DNA of 13,939 nt, taken from NCBI GenBank assembly GCA_040326155.1, contig JBEQLE010000094.1, positions 1 to 13,939 of the forward strand, in the 5' to 3' direction. Position 1 is the first letter of the stretch. Every line of letters begins with the position of its first letter. The DNA comes from Leptospirales bacterium. Its GTDB lineage: Bacteria; Spirochaetota; Leptospiria; Turneriellales; JAOUFE01. The notes under the pieces were generated by a model. The model was given only the letters and a program-made list of their open reading frames with translations. It was not told where the DNA came from and ran no database searches. Shown in pieces: positions 1-7,209 of the stretch. Position numbers and translations under genes: made by a program.

Positions 1-186
1 GTCCGCTTTTCGTTTTTTGTCTGCGTCTTCACGTTTTTTTCTATCGTCGTCTTTATTTTTATTATTACCTTTTTGCGCAATCAAATCTGTGTTCGAATTT
101 GGTTTCGATACTAAATTTGATGGGATAATTATTGCAGTGGCAAGTACAATAATCCATATTCGTAGGCTTCTTTTCGTCATATTCAT
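1..186 (-). CDS. Partial (5' end only) putative exported protein with signal peptide and Lys/Asp/Arg-rich region; continues off the left edge
   Basis: Not in the ORF track because it has no stop in the window. The minus strand reads MNMTKRSLRIWIIVLATAIIIPSNLVSKPNSNTDLIAQKGNNKNKDDDRKKREDADKKRKAD..., open to base 1. SD-like GAGGA (195-199) lies 8 nt before the ATG at 186; alternative ATGs are at 192 and 180. Confidence 0.75.
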   Translation of the reverse strand, partial: MNMTKRSLRIWIIVLATAIIIPSNLVSKPNSNTDLIAQKGNNKNKDDDRKKREDADKKRKAD

Positions 187-403
187 ATCCATTTTCCTCT
201 TTTAATCATAATATAGGAAAGGTTTATATTATATCGAAGTAGAGTCAACAAGAATTGATGAAATAGAAAAGTATTATGTGTTGTAAAACGGGTGATTTTT
301 TTAAAAAATGGAAAAATAAATTGCTGGCAGAAGTTGGATAAAAAAACTAGTCAATTGAAACATAGTGATGTATATTAACAAAAACTAATATTGAGAGGTA
401 CAT

Positions 404-661
404 ATGAGTACAAATAAACAACCGACAGAACCAGAACAGACAAGAGAACAAAAATTAGCAAAAATAAAGAAAGAGAATAAGAAAATATATGCGATTGTTG
501 CTTTATTGGCGATACCATATATAGCGCATGTTCGAATTTCATATGGACATTGGAGATTTTTAGATTTAACAGACCCTATTAATGTAGCTATTTTCGCTTT
601 TGTTGGTTTGCTATTATTTATGGTATGGATGACATTTTCATTTTTTCGTCAACAATTATAA
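404..661 (+). CDS. Small hypothetical membrane protein (two predicted TM helices)
   Basis: SD-like GAGAGG just upstream of ATG; charged N-terminus followed by two hydrophobic segments (IYAIVALLAIPYIAHV; INVAIFAFVGLLLFMVWMTFSFF). Confidence 0.7.
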   Translation: MSTNKQPTEPEQTREQKLAKIKKENKKIYAIVALLAIPYIAHVRISYGHWRFLDLTDPINVAIFAFVGLLLFMVWMTFSFFRQQL

Positions 662-682
662 GATACAGTTAGAAGATAGAGT

Positions 683-2284
683 CTATTTAATGGATGGACG
701 CAAAATGGTATCTTTTCTAGAGGTCTTACGGTTTTCTTTATAGTCTGACATATAATGTAAGCCTCTAGATTCATGCCGAGAAAGAGCTGAACGTACAATT
801 AACTGGCATATTAAAGCCATATTTCTTAATTCCAGAATATCCCTGTTGAGTTTAGAAGTATTATACAAGTCTCGAACTTCTTCATATATAATATCAATAA
901 TTCTTAAAGCGCGATTTAGTCGGTTTTTAGAACGAGTAATTCCTATGTAATTCCACATAATCTTTCTTAACTCATCACGGTTATATTTCATAATTCCCCG
1001 TTCATCGAAATTAACTGCTCCGGTATTATTCCAGAGAGGTAATTGCATATCGGTTTTTTCGTTACTGTTGATATTTTTCTTTAAATCTTCTACGGCCCGA
1101 TATGTAAAAACAAGTGATTCGAGCAAAGAATTAGAAGCCAGCCGGTTCGCGCCATGAACACCGGTAGAAGCCGTTTCACCGACAGCGTAGAGGTTTGTCA
1201 AATCGGTTTTTCCGTCAAGATCAGTCCACAATCCACCACAAGTATAATGAGCCGCCGGGACTACGGGTATTCTTTCTTTTGTCATATCGATATTAAATTC
1301 TGTTAACAAGGTTTTATATATAAGTGGAAAGTCAGATTGTATTTTTTCAGCGCCCAGGTGGGTTACGTCCAGAAATACGCATTCGTCGCCGCTCTTTTTC
1401 AATTCTGAATCGATAGCCCGAGCAACCACATCCCGGGGAGCCAATTCAGCTCGCGGGTCATAATCGTACAAGAACCGCTCTCCGTTTTTAAGCAGTAAAA
1501 AAGCGCCAGAACCACGAACTGCTTCTGAAATTAAAAAGGATTGATCTCGGTCACTGTACAATGCCGTAGGGTGAAATTGAATAAACTCCATGTTGCGCAC
1601 TCTGCAACCCGCACGGTATCCCATAGCAATACCATCTCCGGTACTCACCCGTGGATTTGTAGTATAACGGTACACTCGACCGGCTCCGCCCGTTGCCAGG
1701 CAGGTTGATTTTGCTTGAATGGTTTCTATATTTTGAGTTTTTTCGTTAATTACATAGGCGCCAAAAGCTTTTTGCGGTTTAGATGGCGTTGGCAGATGGT
1801 GTTCTGTTATAATATCTATGGCAAAATGGTTTTCAAGTATAGTAATATTAGAATTTTGTTGAACCTGGTTCAGTAAAAACTGGTGTAAATCGGAACCCGT
1901 GTGGTCTTTAGCATGAACGATTCGTTTTTCGGTATGCCCGCCTTCCATTCCAAGATCTAACTCACCCAGCGGATTTTTTGTAAACTCCATCCCCATGTTG
2001 ATCAGCTCTTTAATTCGATCCACTCCTTCATATACCAGAACACGAACTGCCTCAGAATCGCATAATCCAGCGCCAGCCTCGAGAGTATCCATTAAATGTT
2101 TTTCGGGTGAATCAGAAGGTGAAAGTGAGGCCGCGACACCACCTTGTGCAAAGCGAGTAGCTCCTTCTGTCACTTTATCCTTGGTTACTATGGTAATTTT
2201 ACTGTCTTTGTTGAGTTTTGAAGCGAGAAGGGAGAAATATAGACCGGCGATACCCGATCCAATGACTAAAACATCACAATGCAT
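683..2284 (-). CDS. nadB: L-aspartate oxidase (de novo NAD biosynthesis)
   Basis: FAD-binding DVLVIGSGIAGL, AQGGVAA, EGGH...RIVHA, TTNP..STGDG, MEFIQFHPT, LISEAVRG, ELAPRDVVARAI, PAAHYTCGG, TGVHGANRLASNSLLE and ESRGLHY motifs; 533 aa is typical of NadB. Confidence 0.96.
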   Translation of the reverse strand: MHCDVLVIGSGIAGLYFSLLASKLNKDSKITIVTKDKVTEGATRFAQGGVAASLSPSDSPEKHLMDTLEAGAGLCDSEAVRVLVYEGVDRIKELINMGMEFTKNPLGELDLGMEGGHTEKRIVHAKDHTGSDLHQFLLNQVQQNSNITILENHFAIDIITEHHLPTPSKPQKAFGAYVINEKTQNIETIQAKSTCLATGGAGRVYRYTTNPRVSTGDGIAMGYRAGCRVRNMEFIQFHPTALYSDRDQSFLISEAVRGSGAFLLLKNGERFLYDYDPRAELAPRDVVARAIDSELKKSGDECVFLDVTHLGAEKIQSDFPLIYKTLLTEFNIDMTKERIPVVPAAHYTCGGLWTDLDGKTDLTNLYAVGETASTGVHGANRLASNSLLESLVFTYRAVEDLKKNINSNEKTDMQLPLWNNTGAVNFDERGIMKYNRDELRKIMWNYIGITRSKNRLNRALRIIDIIYEEVRDLYNTSKLNRDILELRNMALICQLIVRSALSRHESRGLHYMSDYKENRKTSRKDTILRPSIK

Positions 2285-2290
2285 TGCCTA

Positions 2291-2995
2291 TCATTTTTTC
2301 TTGGCAGATTTTTTGCTTTTAGCCAAAAGACTCGTTTTCGTGGCTTTCTTGGTATTATTTTTCACAGAGGGCTTTCGTACACGTTTTTTATCAAGAATTT
2401 TTATTTTGTTGGTTTCCGTAATTTTTTCTATTAGCTCTTCGAGTTTGTGCATCTGTTGAATTTTATCGGCTATAAGGTTTTTAAAATTATTTTGTTTAAT
2501 CGGTTTTTCGAAAGTTGCTACATTCAGCGCTTTAACTGTAGATTCAATACTATCTAGCTTCGTTGTTAACAGTATAAAATCTTCGTATTGCCAACTTGAA
2601 TCGCTTCGTATGACCTCTTGTATAAATTGAGTGCCTTTGATTCCAGATTCAGTGTCGTATTCTGCAATCACAAATAAGTATCCTTCCGTGTTAAACGGGG
2701 GACGGTAAACTTCCGGTCGTTCTGGCTCTTTCGGAAGTTCAACCATGCCATCTTCCGAAGAGTTTTTTCCCTTTTGAAGAACCTCAACCTCTTTTTTATG
2801 GCCATCTAAACTGGTTTGGTAGCTCAAAAGCTCTTGCAATTCAAGAACGTTTTTATAATTTCCGGCTTGCCCGAGCATCGTACGCGCATTTTGAAATTTA
2901 TACGTAGATTCAATTTGCAAAGGAAAATCCTTTAACATGACTTTAAAGGAATCGATAAAACTGTGATTGTCGTCTATGACTAATATTTTATACAT
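2291..2995 (-). CDS. Atypical receiver (CheY-like) domain protein with internal insertion and Lys-rich C-terminal tail
   Basis: KILVIDD (beta1 acidic pair), YLFVIAEYD..GIKGTQFI (beta3/alpha3-like), FILLTT (beta4 Thr) and FEKP (Lys-Pro); stop lies 6 nt upstream of the nadB start. Confidence 0.7.
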   Translation of the reverse strand: MYKILVIDDNHSFIDSFKVMLKDFPLQIESTYKFQNARTMLGQAGNYKNVLELQELLSYQTSLDGHKKEVEVLQKGKNSSEDGMVELPKEPERPEVYRPPFNTEGYLFVIAEYDTESGIKGTQFIQEVIRSDSSWQYEDFILLTTKLDSIESTVKALNVATFEKPIKQNNFKNLIADKIQQMHKLEELIEKITETNKIKILDKKRVRKPSVKNNTKKATKTSLLAKSKKSAKKK

Positions 2996-3275
2996 AAGTG
3001 TGCCTGTTTGCTTGTCAAAAAATGCAGGTTCTACCTACGGACAAGCTATTTTGCCAGGAATATAAAAAACGTTCCTTGTATTCCTTAAATCCTTTGTCTA
3101 TCTGATTTGTGACGTAACATTAACCTAAAATGCCATTGACCAACAACAAATTTTTATAAAAATTAGATTATTTTTATCTATTTATGTCGCTTCAACCGAT
3201 TATTGTTTAAAAATTTTTGATATCAAAAACGTGGCTTTTCCTTTTTTCCTTACAAAGAGTAGAAGTAATTCCGGG

Positions 3276-3304
3276 TTGACGATATGTGTCAGCGGTAAAC
3301 AGAT
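3276..3304 (+). promoter_or_regulatory. Possible sigma70 promoter for the tRNA-Cys/tRNA-Leu/tatD unit
   Basis: TTGACG at 3276-3281 at a suitable distance from the tRNA start (3320); the -10 element is poor (ACAGAT at 17-bp spacing). Confidence 0.3.
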
Positions 3305-3319
3305 ACCGGTAGGAAACAG

Positions 3320-3391
3320 GGCGTCGTGGCCAAGTGGCTAAGGCAGGGGCCTGCAAAGCCCTTATCGCCGGTTCGAATCCGGCCGACGCCT
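3320..3391 (+). tRNA. tRNA-Cys (GCA)
   Basis: Acceptor stem GGCGTCG/CGACGCC, discriminator U, anticodon arm GGGGC-CT-GCA-AA-GCCCT (anticodon 3353-3355), T arm GCCGG-TTCGAAT-CCGGC; CCA not encoded. Confidence 0.97.
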
Positions 3392-3400
3392 CAACTAAAC

Positions 3401-3484
3401 GCCCGAGTGATGAAATTGGTAGACATACGGGACTTAAAATCCCGGGGACGCAAGTCCGTGCCGGTTCAATTCCGGCCTCGGGTA
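3401..3484 (+). tRNA. tRNA-Leu (TAA)
   Basis: Acceptor stem GCCCGAG/CTCGGGT, discriminator A, anticodon arm CGGGA-CT-TAA-AA-TCCCG (anticodon 3435-3437), long variable arm GGAC-GCAA-GTCC, T arm GCCGG-TTCAATT-CCGGC; CCA not encoded. Confidence 0.97.
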
Positions 3485-3512
3485 AATTTGAGTTGTTTTT
3501 ATCTTCTTTTAT

Positions 3513-4295
3513 ATGAAAGCTGATCAACCAGTTATTGATTCTCATTGTCATATCGATTTGCTGCTGGAAAAAGGCGGCAATTTAAAAGATATTTATGAAG
3601 ATGCCGAACAAAACAAACTTGTAGCCGCCATCCAAATTGCAGCCTCCGTAGAATCTTTTGAATATTCAAAAAAGTTATGCCATACACCTGGCCCGATTGA
3701 TTTTTACTATACGATAGGGGCGCACCCGAATGAAACTCATGAAGCAGACACGCAAAGCGGCTTAAAATTTGCCCGACAAAATAAAGATGACAAAACCTTT
3801 AAAGCAATTGGTGAAATCGGTCTCGATTATTTCTACAGCAAAGAACATAGTAAAACCCAGCTTGAAGTGTTTGACTCCTACCTGGAGTTAGCTGTCGAGC
3901 TTCAAAAGCCAGTCTGCATTCATACACGCGATGCCCATGAAGACACCGTTCAGATGCTCAAGAAAGTAGAAGGGCAAATACCAGTTCTAATTCACTGCTT
4001 TACCGGAAATCGCGAACAAATGGATGAATACCTTGAAAGGGGAGCCTATATATCGTTTTCCGGTATAGTAACATTTAAAAACGCACTTGAGCTGCAAGAA
4101 GCGGCAAAGTTTTGCCCACCCGAACGTATGCTTGCAGAAACAGACTCTCCCTACCTTGCCCCCGTTCCGAAACGCGGTAAAACAAACATGCCCGGCTGGG
4201 TTCGCCATGTTGCAACATATCTTGAAACTCTCACCGAAAATGAAGAGCTACCCGCCACTTTGTACCAAAACACACTTGATTTTTACCGAATTTAA
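3513..4295 (+). CDS. tatD: TatD family metal-dependent nuclease/hydrolase
   Basis: IDSHCH, GAHP, AIGEIGLDY, IHTRDA, IHCFTG, ISFSGIVTFKNA and AETDSPYLAP motifs. Confidence 0.95.
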   Translation: MKADQPVIDSHCHIDLLLEKGGNLKDIYEDAEQNKLVAAIQIAASVESFEYSKKLCHTPGPIDFYYTIGAHPNETHEADTQSGLKFARQNKDDKTFKAIGEIGLDYFYSKEHSKTQLEVFDSYLELAVELQKPVCIHTRDAHEDTVQMLKKVEGQIPVLIHCFTGNREQMDEYLERGAYISFSGIVTFKNALELQEAAKFCPPERMLAETDSPYLAPVPKRGKTNMPGWVRHVATYLETLTENEELPATLYQNTLDFYRI

Positions 4296-4307
4296 CCCTT
4301 TAATAAA

Positions 4308-4409
4308 TAAGGCCGGCGAAGTCCCGAGTTCTTACGTAAAGTAAAGGAATTCAATTCCATTGTTCGTAGTTCGGTATGCGACCGTACTCGAGATATGGGA
4401 ATCTCCTTA
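4308..4409. other. Structured intergenic element (candidate ncRNA or REP/MITE-like repeat)
   Basis: More GC-rich than its flanks; outer stem 4322-4329/4386-4393 encloses three short hairpins; TAAGG/CCTTA inverted ends. No known family recognised. Confidence 0.35.
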
Positions 4410-4454
4410 GAATATTTCTTTTGAAAATTATGAAGAAGAGTAATTATATAGAAT

Positions 4455-4483
4455 AAAAAAGGCTCCCGTGTGGGAGCCTTTTT
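4455..4483. terminator. Bidirectional rho-independent terminator between convergent tatD and fcpA
   Basis: AAAAAA-GGCTCCC-GTGT-GGGAGCC-TTTTT: perfect 7-bp GC-rich stem with A-tract and T-tract on either side, 23 nt beyond the fcpA stop. Confidence 0.92.
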
Positions 4484-4506
4484 GGGGATGGTGTCGGAGA
4501 AGCCTT

Positions 4507-5373
4507 TTATTGGATGTGGATAGAGATTATCTCATCTCTGTTGACAATCTCAAGCATCTTCCGATATTCTGGAGAATTTTTTGCGTACATCAACTCTGTA
4601 GCCCGAAGTAAGTGCTTGTTTTTCATTTTTTTGAAATAAATCAAGTCTTGTTCGGTTCCCCCACCATATTTTAGTAGAACTTTTTCTTGAAAACCATAAG
4701 CCGAAGCAAGGTATTTATGCGGAGCAACTTGTTCCTCATAAGTAGGTCCTAATTCGATGTATCGGTTTAGAATATCTATCGTTTGCGGGATATTCCCCAG
4801 GTCATACTGTGCCATGACCCATTCTCGGTAAATATTAGCTAAAAGTTTTTTATAATCTGGAGATTCTAAAACCACGATGTTTTCAATTTCGTCCATATGG
4901 TTAATGGCTCGCGTAAAGTAAGTTACGGACTTCATCTTAGCTCGTTTTTTCTTTTCGCCGATCGTTCGTTCTTCACGCATCTTACGATCAAGAGTTTGCC
5001 AGTACCACTTTTCGTTTAAGTGTTTTTCTTCTTTAGATCTTTCTTTCAAAACACGTACTTCATCGCGCATTTTCTGAATGATTGATTTACCTGTCAGGTA
5101 ATTCGCCGAAGCCAGTCGAAGTTTGTTCTCAGCATACTGATCGCTCATTTTTATCAGATTATCCAACGCCTTCACGTAAGAACGATAATCAGGATTATTC
5201 CATGCTTCATCCGAAGATGGTTTGGGGTTTGTATTGCCACCATTTGTATTCGCATTTGGGTTTGTCGCATTTGGGTCTGCATTCGGGTCCGCATTCGGAT
5301 CTGTTTGTGCATAACCAATAGCTGTTATTAACAGGGCCGATAGCATTATTGCCGTATATTTTTTAATATTCAT
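4507..5373 (-). CDS. fcpA: Flagellar-coiling protein A homologue (periplasmic flagellar sheath protein)
   Basis: Recognisable Leptospira FcpA segments: AWNNPDY, EKWYWQ..DRK.RE, YFTRAINHMDEI, YREW...YDL, HKYLAS.Y.F, HLLRATEL.Y.K.SPEY, VNRDEIIS. Start moved from the track's 5394 to the ATG at 5373 because AAGGAAGG precedes it and it opens a Sec signal peptide (MNIKKYTAIMLSALLITAIGYA/Q); 288 aa. Confidence 0.9.
   Translation of the reverse strand: MNIKKYTAIMLSALLITAIGYAQTDPNADPNADPNATNPNANTNGGNTNPKPSSDEAWNNPDYRSYVKALDNLIKMSDQYAENKLRLASANYLTGKSIIQKMRDEVRVLKERSKEEKHLNEKWYWQTLDRKMREERTIGEKKKRAKMKSVTYFTRAINHMDEIENIVVLESPDYKKLLANIYREWVMAQYDLGNIPQTIDILNRYIELGPTYEEQVAPHKYLASAYGFQEKVLLKYGGGTEQDLIYFKKMKNKHLLRATELMYAKNSPEYRKMLEIVNRDEIISIHIQ
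5267..5302 (-). repeat. Three imperfect 12-bp tandem repeats encoding (DPNA)3 in the FcpA N-terminus
   Basis: Plus strand gcatttgggtct / gcattcgggtcc / gcattcggatct; a further degenerate unit (NPNA) starts at 5252. Confidence 0.85.
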
Positions 5374-5433
5374 AGTTAACCTTCCTTTCACCAACCGTAA
5401 TGGCTAAAAACATTCATTTTTAACTCTAACTTA

Positions 5434-5462
5434 TTATCGTCTAGTGAACATGACAAACTTGA
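5434..5462 (-). promoter_or_regulatory. Candidate sigma28 (FliA)-type promoter upstream of fcpA
   Basis: Minus strand TCAAGTTT-N13-GACGATAA versus enteric consensus TAAAGTTT-N11-GCCGATAA: 7/8 match in each box, but the spacer is 2 nt longer. Confidence 0.45.
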
Positions 5463-5506
5463 AAACAAGCTTGAAAAATATTTTCTTCAGTTACATTGTA
5501 TATAAA

Positions 5507-6511
5507 TTATTCACTTTCTTCTAAATATTTCAATATATTTGCTACATCTTTTTTACTACCAACAATTAATGGCGTTCTTTGGTGCAAAGAAGTCGGTTGT
5601 ATGTCCATAATTCTCTGTTTTCCAGAGGTTGCGACACCTCCCGCTTGTTCGGCTATAAAACCGATGGGGTTCGCTTCGTACATTAACCGAAGTTTTCCTT
5701 CTGGTGATTTGGCCGTTTCGGGGTATACAAAAATTCCACCCTTAATAAGAGTTCTATGAAAATCAGCTACCAGAGAACCTATATATCTGCTCGAATAGGG
5801 GCCAGCTTCCTCGCTTTTTAACCAGCTCAACCAATTCTGATAGCCGGGAGAAAAAGATTCGGCATTGCCTTCATTGATGCTGTAGTATTTTCCACTATCT
5901 GGCATTTTCAGGTCTCGGTGGCTTAACAGGTAGTCTCCCACATAAGGGTCCAGGGTAAACATATGGACACCATCTCCCGTGGAAAAGACAAGAACAGTAC
6001 TAGACCCATAAATTATATACCCGGCTGCCACCTGGCGCGTTCCCGGTTGTAACACAACTTTTCTCGGGTCGTCAACGCCAGGGGGTTTTTCCATAATAGA
6101 AAAAATCGTACCAACAGAAACACCGACATCTAAATTACTCGAACCGTCCAGAGGGTCAAAAAAGATTACATATTTACCACCCGATTCTCTTAAGATTACC
6201 GGTTCTTCGTTTTCTTCCGAAGAGATAATGGCTACATCGGCGTTAAAACCCATACTATCGATTAAAACCTTATCAGCCAGCTCGTCCATCATCTGGACGG
6301 TTTCACCATGTACGTTTTTGGTTCCGGTGGCATCGGAGGCATTGGTCAGGCCGACTCTGCGAACATACATTGCAATATGTTTGCTGGCTAAAGTAATGGC
6401 CGAGAGAAGCCAGGAAAATTCTCCCGTTGCTTGTTCCGATTTCTTTTGTTCGTAAAGAATAAATTGCTGGGCACTATTTAACGCCGCTTTTGGATTACTG
6501 TATAATTGCAT
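5507..6511 (-). CDS. fbp: Class 1 fructose-1,6-bisphosphatase
   Basis: NVHGETVQ.MD, SSEENE, FDPLDGSSNLD...SVGTIFSI, AAGYIIYG, YSINEGN, RYIGSLVADFHRTL.KGG and GKLRLMYEANP motifs. Confidence 0.96.
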   Translation of the reverse strand: MQLYSNPKAALNSAQQFILYEQKKSEQATGEFSWLLSAITLASKHIAMYVRRVGLTNASDATGTKNVHGETVQMMDELADKVLIDSMGFNADVAIISSEENEEPVILRESGGKYVIFFDPLDGSSNLDVGVSVGTIFSIMEKPPGVDDPRKVVLQPGTRQVAAGYIIYGSSTVLVFSTGDGVHMFTLDPYVGDYLLSHRDLKMPDSGKYYSINEGNAESFSPGYQNWLSWLKSEEAGPYSSRYIGSLVADFHRTLIKGGIFVYPETAKSPEGKLRLMYEANPIGFIAEQAGGVATSGKQRIMDIQPTSLHQRTPLIVGSKKDVANILKYLEESE

Positions 6512-6552
6512 AAGTTACAGTTACTCTCTGAAGTGGTGCGTAAATAAGAATT

Positions 6553-7209
6553 TTATAAGGTAGTACGCTTTTCTTTCTGATAAAGCGTAGTTTGGATACC
6601 AAATTTCATTTTTTTTTCTTTTATAGGTACAAATCCATTCATTACGAAAAATTTATGGTAATCAGGTATTCTTTTAGCTTCAATATTTGAAAATTTTCTG
6701 AAAAACAGGTATAAAAAATAGATAACTGCTTTTTGAAACAAGGTTTCAGGTGGCATAAAGTCGGTAAAAAGCCAATAACCGCCAGGGTGAATTTTTTGGG
6801 CAATTTTTTTCATCGTGGTTTGCAACGAGGTTTCTTCAAATTGGTCTAGAAAATAGTGTGTGGTTACTAAAGAAAAATCAACTCTGTTTTGAATGGAATC
6901 AAGATCTCCGCAGATAAAATAATTTTTTTGTCTGTTTTTTCGTATACGATTTTTTTTTCGGGCTATGCGACACATTTGCAGCGAACTGTCTATATATACT
7001 ATTGTAGAAATATCTTTTTGTTTCTTCAATTGCTTTAAAAAGTTCCCCGTTCCTTCACCTACAAGAAGAGCCTTATCCACATCGGGAACATATGTAAGCA
7101 GTTTCAGTTGGCTTTTTTTCAAGTAACCACCGCTCCCTAAAAGCAGCAGGTCGTAACAACTTGCAATCTTATCGTAATTGGGTCGAGGTCGAATTTTTTC
7201 CCGGCTCAT
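6553..7209 (-). CDS. Class I SAM-dependent methyltransferase
   Basis: N-terminal YDKIA..YD, motif I LLVGEGTG, acidic YIDSS..M, and PGGYWLFTDF; start overlaps the PBP stop (ATGA, 7206-7209). Confidence 0.85.
   Translation of the reverse strand: MSREKIRPRPNYDKIASCYDLLLLGSGGYLKKSQLKLLTYVPDVDKALLVGEGTGNFLKQLKKQKDISTIVYIDSSLQMCRIARKKNRIRKNRQKNYFICGDLDSIQNRVDFSLVTTHYFLDQFEETSLQTTMKKIAQKIHPGGYWLFTDFMPPETLFQKAVIYFLYLFFRKFSNIEAKRIPDYHKFFVMNGFVPIKEKKMKFGIQTTLYQKEKRTTL

Noticed and set aside
17..205. ORF 17-205(+)
   Set aside because: Antisense shadow of the minus-strand gene at 1-186, which has an SD and a signal peptide; Phe/Ser/Leu richness mirrors Lys/Glu/Arg codons.
3108..3123. CRP/Rex-like site (TGTGACGTAACA)
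   Set aside because: Only one CRP half-site and an imperfect 12-bp palindrome; expected by chance in AT-rich DNA.
3207..3551. ORFs 3207-3551(-), 3326-3523(+) and 3334-3516(+)
   Set aside because: They overlap two well-formed tRNA genes; typical spurious translations.
4311..4402. Resemblance to an HDV-like ribozyme (begins GGCCGGC..GTCCC, ends ATGGGA)
   Set aside because: No downstream complement for P1 (GCCGGCY) and no P3 partner for GAG, so the nested double pseudoknot cannot form.
4296..4454. 6S RNA, SRP RNA, tmRNA or known riboswitch in the tatD-fcpA gap
   Set aside because: No long rod with central bubble, no SRP CAGG..GGAA..AGCAG motif, no tRNA-like ends and no aptamer consensus that I recognise.
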